DNA of 62,035 nucleotides from a virus. Its lineage: Duplodnaviria; Caudoviricetes. Numbering within the stretch: position 1 is the first letter of the stretch; every line of letters starts with the position of its first letter. Location of the stretch: positions 1 to 62,035 of the IMG/VR virus record IMGVR_UViG_3300032462_000004; one strand, given 5' to 3'. A program made the position numbers and the translations under genes. This document shows positions 28,716-36,662 of the stretch, piece by piece. The notes under the pieces were generated by a model. That model was not told the DNA's origin and did no database searches. It was given only the letters and a program-made list of their open reading frames with translations.

Positions 28716-28866
28716 GTTCTCTATCCAATATGTATGTTGCCATCTCTGGGAGATAAGTGTCATACATCCTGTCATAGTGGTTTTCACAATATGATTTTCC
28801 AAATATAGTGGGCTGATGACATTTTTCACCATCCCCAATCCATGTACATTTCTTTTCTAATTTCAT
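28699..28866 (-). CDS. 55-aa Cys/His protein resembling the GcrA C-terminal domain (not in ORF track)
   Basis: MKLEKKCTWIGDGEKCHQPTIFGKSYCENHYDRMY...; C-x-W-x-GD..C..P....YC..H pattern. Confidence 0.6.
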   Translation of the reverse strand: MKLEKKCTWIGDGEKCHQPTIFGKSYCENHYDRMYDTYLPEMATYILDRELKLIE

Positions 28867-28872
28867 ATATTA

Positions 28873-29010
28873 GGCCCTATGATGGAACACTTCAAACCAC
28901 CGACCTATCAGTTAAGTGCTGATTGCTCTCTATAATGTAACTAAGACAACATAGAGGAGGCGGCGCCGCCTTGTGTCTAGAGGCTATTTGTTTTTCTGAG
29001 CTAATAGGGC
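28873..29010 (-). ncRNA. tRNA-like RNA (Lys CTT-like) with about 60-nt D-loop insertion
   Basis: GCCCTAT/ATAGGGC acceptor, TA, GCTC/GAGC D-stem around a 69-nt loop, ATCAG/CTGAT around CACTTAA, AGGTC, GGTGG/CCATC around TTTGAAGTGTT; no CCA. Confidence 0.75.
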
Positions 29011-29016
29011 AATATT

Positions 29017-29045
29017 ATTATAACACAGTTATTCTAATTCTTCAA
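29017..29045 (-). promoter_or_regulatory. Sigma70-type promoter for the tRNA-like RNA
   Basis: TTGAAG-17-TATAAT with TG extension; acceptor-stem G is the 7th base after the -10. Confidence 0.7.
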
Positions 29046-29397
29046 GGTGTTCCATAATAATTTTATTATAGCCATGATTTATTGCGAATTCTATTAATTC
29101 CGGTAATGAAGCTTCTTCTTCAGATGTGGAATACCAAAAGATACTATGGGGATCTACATCTTCATATCCTGCAAGAACTTCGATAGATTTTGCTAGGTAA
29201 TTTTGCATTGTCTTAAAATCATCCGTATAGGGGCCCAAAGCGGCGTCTAGAATTTCAGAGTGAGGGATTACTTGGATGGAGCCTACTATCTTTCCTGATT
29301 GATCAGATACTGTGTAATCTGTCCCAAGTTGATCAATGTGCGTAATTTTATACATAATTTCTCCTAGATTTTTATTATAATTCTCTATCTCTGCCAA
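29029..29397 (-). CDS. Hypothetical protein (start probably at MYKI)
   Basis: ORF with AGGAG before an internal ATG. Confidence 0.6.
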   Translation of the reverse strand: MAEIENYNKNLGEIMYKITHIDQLGTDYTVSDQSGKIVGSIQVIPHSEILDAALGPYTDDFKTMQNYLAKSIEVLAGYEDVDPHSIFWYSTSEEEASLPELIEFAINHGYNKIIMEHLEELE

Positions 29398-29403
29398 TAC
29401 TAT

Positions 29404-30438
29404 TTATGGCAATTTTAAAAACTTCGACTTATAGTCGTAGAAACGAACCGATCCCGCTATTCTGTCCAATACCATTCTGTCTACCAAATCCTCGATGTAT
29501 GTATGTATTTCTATCGCTGTTTTATCATTCAGTTCATCGATTTCTATGTCAGATACAGATATAGATGAATCTGGCGACGCGTCCAGGCCAACGACAACCG
29601 GAAAGAAAGTTACATCTGCTTTCCCCATTAGGATATCTTTATAACTGACAACAACAGAATAATCCATTGTTTCTGGATACACAGACAAGACAGAATGGAA
29701 ATTTTGTCCATTCGATTTAACTATTCCTAAAAATTCTGACTTCGAGCCTGGGGCATGTATTATCTTATTTTCATCTAAGACGTTAGACGAACCTTTACCC
29801 ATAAGTTTATGAAAGAATTTTGAATTTTCTCTTGCAATAATATTTCGATATACAAATGAAATTGCCGATTTGTTGTTATTATAAATTGTTAATAATTTTA
29901 GATTCGAACTATCCTGTAGCACATAATTCGTAACACTATTTAGAGCACCAAAACTTTCAATTTCCTCAACTACTTCGATGCCGAGTCCAGGGCCTATCTC
30001 AAATACAACAATCGAATTATAAAAAGATTCGAAGTCGGATTTGTATCTGACATAAATGGGTTCATCCATTTCCCCTGTAATCTGAAACATCGTATGATTT
30101 TGGCAAACAAGATATGCTAATGTCGAGAATGTTTCGGGGTTATAGAGACTTCGTGGGTTAGTAGCTTGATCTTTATTTTCCAGAGAATTCGTAACAGCAA
30201 CAGACGGATGATCGTACAATTGCTTACTTATTTGAATTTCGTTTCCGGAAATAGTTACAATTAATCCATCAAGGGATGGATCGATAATCATCTGTGCTTT
30301 ATTGCTTTGGATCAGGAAGCGTTGATCAAATATGGTGTCGATTTTTGTCCCAGAATACTTGTCCTGTATAGAAGAGTAATTGAGTTCCGAGTAATATTTT
30401 CCGAGAAAAGATTTGATTGGTATTAATATATTGGACAT
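29404..30438 (-). CDS. Divergent SufD/SufB-like beta-helix protein
   Basis: DKY..T.I N-terminus, PIYV.Y..., alternating beta-strand pattern and GKADVTFFP resemble SufD. Confidence 0.5.
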   Translation of the reverse strand: MSNILIPIKSFLGKYYSELNYSSIQDKYSGTKIDTIFDQRFLIQSNKAQMIIDPSLDGLIVTISGNEIQISKQLYDHPSVAVTNSLENKDQATNPRSLYNPETFSTLAYLVCQNHTMFQITGEMDEPIYVRYKSDFESFYNSIVVFEIGPGLGIEVVEEIESFGALNSVTNYVLQDSSNLKLLTIYNNNKSAISFVYRNIIARENSKFFHKLMGKGSSNVLDENKIIHAPGSKSEFLGIVKSNGQNFHSVLSVYPETMDYSVVVSYKDILMGKADVTFFPVVVGLDASPDSSISVSDIEIDELNDKTAIEIHTYIEDLVDRMVLDRIAGSVRFYDYKSKFLKLP

Positions 30439-30467
30439 TTATTTCCTGTATTACAGGATATTTATTA

Positions 30468-30773
30468 TTATAATTCTTCGTATGTCACAGTTAATGGAAA
30501 ACTGTTTGCGCGAGCATAAGCAACCGACTCGGTTGTCTTTTCCTGTGCGATTTCCAATGTATATGGTGCACCAGCAATACCCTGGCCATTCACATGGACA
30601 GATTTCGCAATCTCGACTGCTTCTTCCATGTCCTTATGGAAGATTGTTATCAGAATGGATATGACAAATTCAAACGTGGTAGAATCGTCATTGTGCAACA
30701 GGACTTTGTATAATTTCGGGATCAAAACTTTAATAGTTTCGTCAACTCTCTCGATAATCTCTATATCTGACAT
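30468..30773 (-). CDS. clpS: Clp protease adaptor ClpS
   Basis: PKLYKVLLHNDD.TTFEFV..IL..IF.....A......VH..G.G..G.Y..EIA..K......FPL. Confidence 0.93.
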   Translation of the reverse strand: MSDIEIIERVDETIKVLIPKLYKVLLHNDDSTTFEFVISILITIFHKDMEEAVEIAKSVHVNGQGIAGAPYTLEIAQEKTTESVAYARANSFPLTVTYEEL

Positions 30774-30790
30774 TCTGTTTTCCCTTATTT

Positions 30791-31411
30791 CTAGTGTGTT
30801 AATGATCTACGTAATTGTTGTGCTATTCTCATTTTATTCTTTGTATCTTCAGATTTCGAACGACCTGCTAATGCATTTGATATTTTATCTTTGTGATCTT
30901 GCGTATGCGGCCCCTGCTTTTTACCCATATGGCTTTTAGAAATCTTTAGTTTAACTTCCTTTGATCGACTATTTCCCCTATTAATATTCGACATCCTTTG
31001 CATATGTTCCGGAGAATGCATTTTTCCTTTTTGTGCAATCGACATCTTCTCTTTAGTCTCATCTGAGAATATTCTGCCCGTTAATGCAATAGAAAGTTTA
31101 TTTTTATGTTCTTCCGAAAATATAGCACCGGGAGATCCTTCCCCTCCATCTGTCTTATTATGTAAAATACCAGTTCCCAAATCTTTTCTTCCGTACCATT
31201 TAATCATTCTTCGTTCTAAACACAAAGACCCAAAGTTAGTCAGATTCGTCTCTAAAAACACAATTTTAGTATTATCTTTAGGTAAAGAAACGCCGACATG
31301 CTTTCTATACGCCCTGTCTCCAGAACCCTTTCCTATATAATATGGTGTTCCGCTCTTTGCTGTTATAGAATCGCTCGATCTAATATATGCATAAACGTAA
31401 AAACTAATCAT
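30791..31411 (-). CDS. GIY-YIG-like homing endonuclease with NUMOD3 repeats
   Basis: FYVYAY...PYYIGKG.G.RA, YGRKDLGTGIL.NKTDGGEG, (H/F)SEEHK repeats. Confidence 0.85.
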   Translation of the reverse strand: MISFYVYAYIRSSDSITAKSGTPYYIGKGSGDRAYRKHVGVSLPKDNTKIVFLETNLTNFGSLCLERRMIKWYGRKDLGTGILHNKTDGGEGSPGAIFSEEHKNKLSIALTGRIFSDETKEKMSIAQKGKMHSPEHMQRMSNINRGNSRSKEVKLKISKSHMGKKQGPHTQDHKDKISNALAGRSKSEDTKNKMRIAQQLRRSLTH

Positions 31412-31444
31412 TAATAAATAAACCCCGGGTCATGTGTATCCTTA

Positions 31445-31473
31445 ATAATACACTGCCCGTGGTCAAAAGTCAA
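31445..31473 (-). promoter_or_regulatory. Sigma70-type promoter
   Basis: TTGACT-17-TATTAT. Confidence 0.6.
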
Positions 31474-31478
31474 GTAGT

Positions 31479-31898
31479 TTAAAAGATATTAATTACTTTT
31501 GGCTTATCGGCCTCGGGTTCATTCTTCTGCAAATTAATAGATAGTAATCCATCTGCCAATTTTGCGTCGACAACTTTGATGTATTCCGCAAGCCTGATGG
31601 ACTTGGTGAAAGATCTTTGTCCTATTCCCCTGAATTGATAGTTTCCCTGGTACTCGCTAGTTTTGTCTGTTTTAGTTCCGGTAATTGTTAGGACACCTTT
31701 TAGTTCCTCAATTGCAATTTCTTCTCTTTTGAATCCTGCAACTGCAAGTTCCAGGACATAATTGTTATCATAACCCTGTACAATGTTGTGTGGAGGATAG
31801 CCGGTAACGGCATATTGAAATTCTCTGAATATTGGGCTGAAGCCAACTGTTAGTGAGTCGAGACGATCGTACAATTTATCAAATCCATCTTTAGGCAT
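31479..31898 (-). CDS. Small heat shock protein (Hsp20/IbpA-like)
   Basis: YPPHNI, ELAVAGF, RGIGQRSF, A.L.DGLL.I.L. Confidence 0.93.
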   Translation of the reverse strand: MPKDGFDKLYDRLDSLTVGFSPIFREFQYAVTGYPPHNIVQGYDNNYVLELAVAGFKREEIAIEELKGVLTITGTKTDKTSEYQGNYQFRGIGQRSFTKSIRLAEYIKVVDAKLADGLLSINLQKNEPEADKPKVINIF

Positions 31899-31951
31899 AA
31901 AATACTCCTATTAAGCAAGTTAATGCACAGTCCATAATTGGCACTGTGCAT
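31899..31951 (-). promoter_or_regulatory. ROSE-like RNA thermometer leader
   Basis: 5' hairpin ATGCACAGT/ACTGTGCAT, then CTTGCT-TAAT-AGGAG pairing on the SD. Confidence 0.65.
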
Positions 31952-32056
31952 TTTTATTTATCACCTATTATAGCAGTTATGCCAATAAAACGTATGCAAT
32001 CAGAGCCAAAACAACAGGCTCCGTAGAGCCTATTTGCATACACTATATAGTAGTGC

Positions 32057-32311
32057 TTAGTATTTTTTGTCTTTGAGCCAGGCGCCGTTCTCGATCTGGT
32101 CCTCGACTATTCTTTCCCAGCGTTTACGTGCTTGCTTCTTAAGGCGCTGTCTTAATACAGCTGGCTTCTCGTAGGACATACGATCTTTGACCTCTTTGAG
32201 CAGGCCCGAATCTTGGACCTTCTTGGACCAAGTGCGTAACGCTCTTCCAAAGTCGTCATTTCTGACTTCTACAACGAGTCCTCGGACTCTGCGGTTATCT
32301 CTATTATTCAT
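32057..32311 (-). CDS. rpsU: Ribosomal protein bS21
   Basis: VEVRNDDFGRALRTWSKKVQDSGLLKEVKDRMSYEKPA..R..K..ARKR; start reassigned to ATG 32311. Confidence 0.9.
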   Translation of the reverse strand: MNNRDNRRVRGLVVEVRNDDFGRALRTWSKKVQDSGLLKEVKDRMSYEKPAVLRQRLKKQARKRWERIVEDQIENGAWLKDKKY

Positions 32312-33533
32312 CGTTTGCTCGTTTTTCTGCCTTGTATACATGTTTAATATTCCCGGTTGCGTCAACATAAATTTTGGTAACGCCGGCTTTCGCTAATCTC
32401 GGCAAAGTAAATTGAACAGCCAGGAGATTCTTCTCCATAATCGAACGCAAACCCCTTGCTCCAATTTTCTGTTTCAAACATTCTGCTGATACATTCAGTA
32501 GGTATTTATCATCAAACTCTAAAGTCACCCCATCATACTTAAATAATGCTTTAAACTGGTCTACTAAGCAGTTTTTAGGTTCTTTTAGGATTCTGAGCAG
32601 CGTCTGTTCTGACAAATCATCAAATACAACTACAACTGGGTGGCGACCGACAAATTCCGGTATTAAACCATATTTGACAAAGTCGGACGGTATTGCTGTT
32701 TTAACAATATTGGAGAATAATGTCTTGGTCTGCAATGGTGCTCCAAATCCAATTCCAGACTTTGATCTATTTTTCCTGATAATCTCATCTAGTCCGACAA
32801 ATGCACCACTACAAATGAACAGTACATCCTTTGTATCAAAATCGACCATTTCGCCATATTCATCTTCGATCTTCAGAACTGTGCCTTCTATAAGCTTCAG
32901 CAATGACTGTTGGACGCCTTCGCCGGATACATCTCGACTAATAGTAGAGGATTCGCTCTTTCTGCTCTTTTTATCTATCTCGTCAATGAAGATAATCCCG
33001 AACTTAGCTTTTTCTATGTCATCGTCTGCATTTGAAATTAATCTCTTTATCAAACTATCTACATCTTCCCCTACATACCCTGCTTCTGTCAATGTAGTTG
33101 CGTCTGCTATAACGTATGGCAAATCAAATAGTTTTGCAATAGTCTTTACTGTTAATGTCTTGCCAGAGCCGGATTCCCCGACCATAAGAAGGTTTGATTT
33201 ATCAATTTCTACGCCCGACTTGTCACTTATTCGCTTATAGTGGTTTCGTACTGCTACAGATATGGCAATCTTTGCGTCATCTTGTGCAATTATGTATTCA
33301 TCTAGAAATTTCTTAATTTGCTCGGGTGTGTAGATTTGTGTAGTTTTCTTTTTCTCTAGCTTAATGGTATCTTCATGATGAAGTATATCGTAAGTCATGT
33401 CAACACATTCATTACAAATGTAGATATTCTCTGTATCCATTACAGGACCTTCTACCATTTGATCTACTTCGTGCCTGCCCTTTTTGCAAAACGAACAAGT
33501 AATGATTTCCCTAATAATGTCATTATTTCCCAT
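32304..33533 (-). CDS. clpX: Clp protease ATPase subunit ClpX
   Basis: CSFC..C..C zinc domain, GESGSGKT, TEAGYVGEDV, RDVSGEGVQQ, IGFG loop, GARGLR. Confidence 0.95.
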   Translation of the reverse strand: MGNNDIIREIITCSFCKKGRHEVDQMVEGPVMDTENIYICNECVDMTYDILHHEDTIKLEKKKTTQIYTPEQIKKFLDEYIIAQDDAKIAISVAVRNHYKRISDKSGVEIDKSNLLMVGESGSGKTLTVKTIAKLFDLPYVIADATTLTEAGYVGEDVDSLIKRLISNADDDIEKAKFGIIFIDEIDKKSRKSESSTISRDVSGEGVQQSLLKLIEGTVLKIEDEYGEMVDFDTKDVLFICSGAFVGLDEIIRKNRSKSGIGFGAPLQTKTLFSNIVKTAIPSDFVKYGLIPEFVGRHPVVVVFDDLSEQTLLRILKEPKNCLVDQFKALFKYDGVTLEFDDKYLLNVSAECLKQKIGARGLRSIMEKNLLAVQFTLPRLAKAGVTKIYVDATGNIKHVYKAEKRANDE

Positions 33534-33534
33534 A

Positions 33535-34833
33535 TTATGTCCTCTTAAATTCTTTTAACCAACTTAATACTTCGGGTGGAGTTTTCTTTACTGGTGCAGG
33601 GATCGGCTGCGAGGCCCTTACCTCGGCTAATTTCTGAGGTATGAAATGTGACTGGGTTCCGAGCAATTCGTCCAATATGTGCCCCTGGTGTAACCATGGC
33701 GCAGTCGATTTCTTTGGTTGTAATGCAGTAGCGATTTTGTTCCCTACTAGACTCGGTTCCGGGTTTCTTAACACGGGCGAAGGTAATTCGATTATAGTAA
33801 TCTTTGCCGGGGTTGGGTCAACCGCGTCTATATTTAGAATTTCCAATGACCGCTCATATATCGGAACATGTACCTCGGCGTCTTTGTCTGCCTTGCGAGT
33901 TTCTGTAATATTGTCTGGTATCTGCGGAAGTTGGACAGGCTCCTCGACTTGTGCGACTGTCTCATTATCTTGTCGGTTCTCCGGATTTCCCGAACGGTTT
34001 TCCGGTTCAGGATCGCCAGGGGTTTGCAGGCTGCCCGCAACATCCGGTCCATTGCCTCTACTCGAACTGTCCTTTTCTTTCTTCTCATTTTGTAATCTAA
34101 TAAGTGTATGGTTGGCTGCTATTAACAGTGCAATAGCAAGTGGATCTAGTGATAATACTAACAATGAGCTAAAGGCTCTAATTGCAGACTCGATGTTTTT
34201 CTGCGGATCGCCGGCGGCGCCATATATTAGCTCTGCTATATACCTGATAGGACCTACTTCCAATTCTAATTTCCTTACTTCCGATTGTAAAGCAAATCTC
34301 TCTTGACTAATATCGTCAATCCGTTTCTGTATTGCCTCCGTATCTTTCCTGAGATTCTCTCTTTCGACTTTTTGTTTATTTCTTGCCGAAATCGACCTAG
34401 CGGCTGCGCCGCTATCGAGATAAGACTTAATTGTGGCATCCATTTGATCAATCACACGTTGGTTGTCTACAATTTTCGATTTTTCTTGCGAGATTTGTTC
34501 TTCTAGTCTTACTACTTTAGCACCATTGTCTAAAGTTGATGCACCTTGCTCTAAGTGAGCCTTAGATAAGAATCCATACACCCCAATACTTGTTGTCGAC
34601 ATAATAATCGCAGATAGAAATATAAGTGGTGCTAGTATTTTCCAATCTGTGAAGAGCCAATTTCGGTAGATCCAACTAACTGTAACTATCTTACCACATT
34701 CAATAACTATTCCTGCTACTAATGCGTGAAGTGGCGCGCCGGCATAAATCGCCATAATGCCTATAATAGAAAACCAACCAGCGACTGCTGCAAGCCCTAA
34801 TGCTGCTAATAAAGTGAGAAATGCAAATATCAT
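33535..34833 (-). CDS. Membrane protein with coiled coil and Pro-rich tail
   Basis: Hydrophobic N-terminal helices, GVYGFLSKAH, EVGPIRYIAEL, DPLAI. Confidence 0.7.
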   Translation of the reverse strand: MIFAFLTLLAALGLAAVAGWFSIIGIMAIYAGAPLHALVAGIVIECGKIVTVSWIYRNWLFTDWKILAPLIFLSAIIMSTTSIGVYGFLSKAHLEQGASTLDNGAKVVRLEEQISQEKSKIVDNQRVIDQMDATIKSYLDSGAAARSISARNKQKVERENLRKDTEAIQKRIDDISQERFALQSEVRKLELEVGPIRYIAELIYGAAGDPQKNIESAIRAFSSLLVLSLDPLAIALLIAANHTLIRLQNEKKEKDSSSRGNGPDVAGSLQTPGDPEPENRSGNPENRQDNETVAQVEEPVQLPQIPDNITETRKADKDAEVHVPIYERSLEILNIDAVDPTPAKITIIELPSPVLRNPEPSLVGNKIATALQPKKSTAPWLHQGHILDELLGTQSHFIPQKLAEVRASQPIPAPVKKTPPEVLSWLKEFKRT

Positions 34834-34863
34834 CTAATATTTATCTTAGATATATTCTTCAGA

Positions 34864-35376
34864 CTACGCAAGTAAATCTTCGTCCCACTCGCAATGTCCT
34901 TCTCTGAAAGCCATATTCGATTGTGTCTCGCGCACCTCGACTCTATAGCACCACAGACGTGCAGATTCGGCTTGACCCCACATATCGGGAATAAATATTC
35001 CATTTACATATTTGTAAAGCATATCGGATAATGCTTCACAACCTAATGCAGGCAGAACAGTAAGTTTTGCCAACTTGCGACGTTCCATTTCCTTATAGAA
35101 CTCTAGCTCTGGATCATCCTGTGCAACTAATGTAGTGTGGTCGAATTGTGATTCGAGAATTTGTTTAAGTTCCTTAAGTCCGCCGTAATCTGCCATCCAG
35201 TTTCTGACATCTAAATCATTGCCGCCGAAATAAAACTTCATTGAGAAACTATATCCGTGATTCATGTTACAATGAGAATCGGCCTTCCATTGACGATAAG
35301 CACACGGAAATGCATCAATATATTCTTTTGTCGATGTCCATTTATAACTAACTGGGAAATATTTAACGTCTGACAT
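34864..35376 (-). CDS. queD: 6-pyruvoyl-tetrahydropterin synthase / QueD-like
   Basis: HC...HGY, DYG.LK, FDHT, E.L, VEVRET. Confidence 0.8.
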   Translation of the reverse strand: MSDVKYFPVSYKWTSTKEYIDAFPCAYRQWKADSHCNMNHGYSFSMKFYFGGNDLDVRNWMADYGGLKELKQILESQFDHTTLVAQDDPELEFYKEMERRKLAKLTVLPALGCEALSDMLYKYVNGIFIPDMWGQAESARLWCYRVEVRETQSNMAFREGHCEWDEDLLA

Positions 35377-35393
35377 ATTATTCCTTTATCTAT

Positions 35394-35552
35394 TTATACC
35401 AATTCTTCAACAACTCCGCCGATTTCAGCTAAGATAATTAATATACCTGCTGTTACGAATATTCCTGACATTAATGCTACACCGGCGGCAATTCTTAATC
35501 CACTTTTTACCAAACTGATGTATAAATGTAACTTTGGATCTGGATGTTTCAT
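35394..35552 (-). CDS. Small membrane protein (52 aa, not in ORF track)
   Basis: MKHPDPKLHLYISLVKSGLRIAAGVALMSGIFVTAGILIILAEIGGVVEELV fills the folE-queD gap. Confidence 0.65.
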   Translation of the reverse strand: MKHPDPKLHLYISLVKSGLRIAAGVALMSGIFVTAGILIILAEIGGVVEELV

Positions 35553-35553
35553 A

Positions 35554-36273
35554 CTATCCCTTATTAATGGTCACAAGTCTCATGAATTCAGCTCTTACCT
35601 GTGGTTCATTCTTGAAACAACCACCTAGTTTGCTTGTGATTGTGCTGGAACCAACATCTTCGACACCGCGACTCTTAACACAGTAATGCTGGGCATGGAT
35701 TACCACGCCAATATTGTCAGTTTTCAGGATAAATTGCAGTGCGTGATAAATTTGTTCTGTTAGTCTTTCTTGGATCTGTGGACGTTTGCTAAAGTATTCC
35801 ACAATGCGGTTAATCTTACTTAATCCTAATACTTGTTGACTAGGAATATAACCTACTGTTGCCACGCCGTCGATGATAACAAGGTGATGTTCGCAATTCG
35901 ATTGTACATTGATATTCTTCTCTACAACCATCTCGTCATATTTCATCTTATTATCGACTGTTGTACATTTTGGAAATGCTTCGTAGTCGAGTCCCCAGAA
36001 GATTTCGTTGACGTACATTTTAGCAACACGTTTAGGTGTTTCCATCAAACTATCATCGGATAAATCTAATCCTAATGTCTTCATTACCTCTGTCATGTGA
36101 CGTTCTATTTCTGCAATCTTATCTTTACGGTCTAAATCGTCGACTTGTACCTTAACACCATTTTGCAATGTGATTGTATTATTTACTTGCGGTGTTTCTA
36201 CTCCGCATTTTACTAAATGTGCGTGAACTTGTTTGCCGAGTTCGGCGTCTGTTTTTGTTTTATTGTATGACAT
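35554..36273 (-). CDS. folE: GTP cyclohydrolase I
   Basis: [37 protein letters not shown]. Confidence 0.95.
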   Translation of the reverse strand: MSYNKTKTDAELGKQVHAHLVKCGVETPQVNNTITLQNGVKVQVDDLDRKDKIAEIERHMTEVMKTLGLDLSDDSLMETPKRVAKMYVNEIFWGLDYEAFPKCTTVDNKMKYDEMVVEKNINVQSNCEHHLVIIDGVATVGYIPSQQVLGLSKINRIVEYFSKRPQIQERLTEQIYHALQFILKTDNIGVVIHAQHYCVKSRGVEDVGSSTITSKLGGCFKNEPQVRAEFMRLVTINKG

Positions 36274-36341
36274 ATGAATCCTTCCTTAAACGGATATTAT
36301 TTTTGAATTTGTAACCTTTTTGTTACAAAAGTATTTATCGT

Positions 36342-36662
36342 TTAATAAACGTTGTGCTTTTGTTTTAGGTTATGAAAATCTGTAGTGTAAGCAAGCGTCG
36401 TTTGATTCAATATTTTCAATAACATAGCAAAATCCGCCTTCATGGTTATCATATCTGATTGCAATTGGGCAACTGCAAGTTGTTTAGCGTCTAATTCCGA
36501 TACTACTGTACTAAGTAGCTGCGAATTGTTGTTTATACCCTTCAATTTTGCAGCTACCAAGTCGCCATTCATGCTCTCCTGCAATTCATCCGACGTATAA
36601 CAACCTAACAGTTTGTCGAGGGCATTAATTTTCTTCCTTGTCTCGTCATCAATAATAATCAT
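36342..36662 (-). CDS. Hypothetical coiled-coil protein
   Basis: 106-aa ORF with ATGA overlap to thyA. Confidence 0.6.
   Translation of the reverse strand: MIIIDDETRKKINALDKLLGCYTSDELQESMNGDLVAAKLKGINNNSQLLSTVVSELDAKQLAVAQLQSDMITMKADFAMLLKILNQTTLAYTTDFHNLKQKHNVY

Noticed and set aside
28873-29010. Calling this a functional canonical tRNA-Lys, a tmRNA or a group I intron-containing tRNA
   Set aside because: A33, 11-nt T-loop and no CCA argue against a canonical tRNA; it has an anticodon arm and no tag ORF; the insert is far too short for a self-splicing intron
32312-32368. Tracked TTG start of rpsU
   Set aside because: Lies inside clpX; ATG 32311 near the clpX stop gives a more typical bS21 length
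36274-36339. preQ1 riboswitch upstream of folE/queD
   Set aside because: I could not find the preQ1-I stem-loop plus A-rich tail consensus; reported only as a hairpin leader
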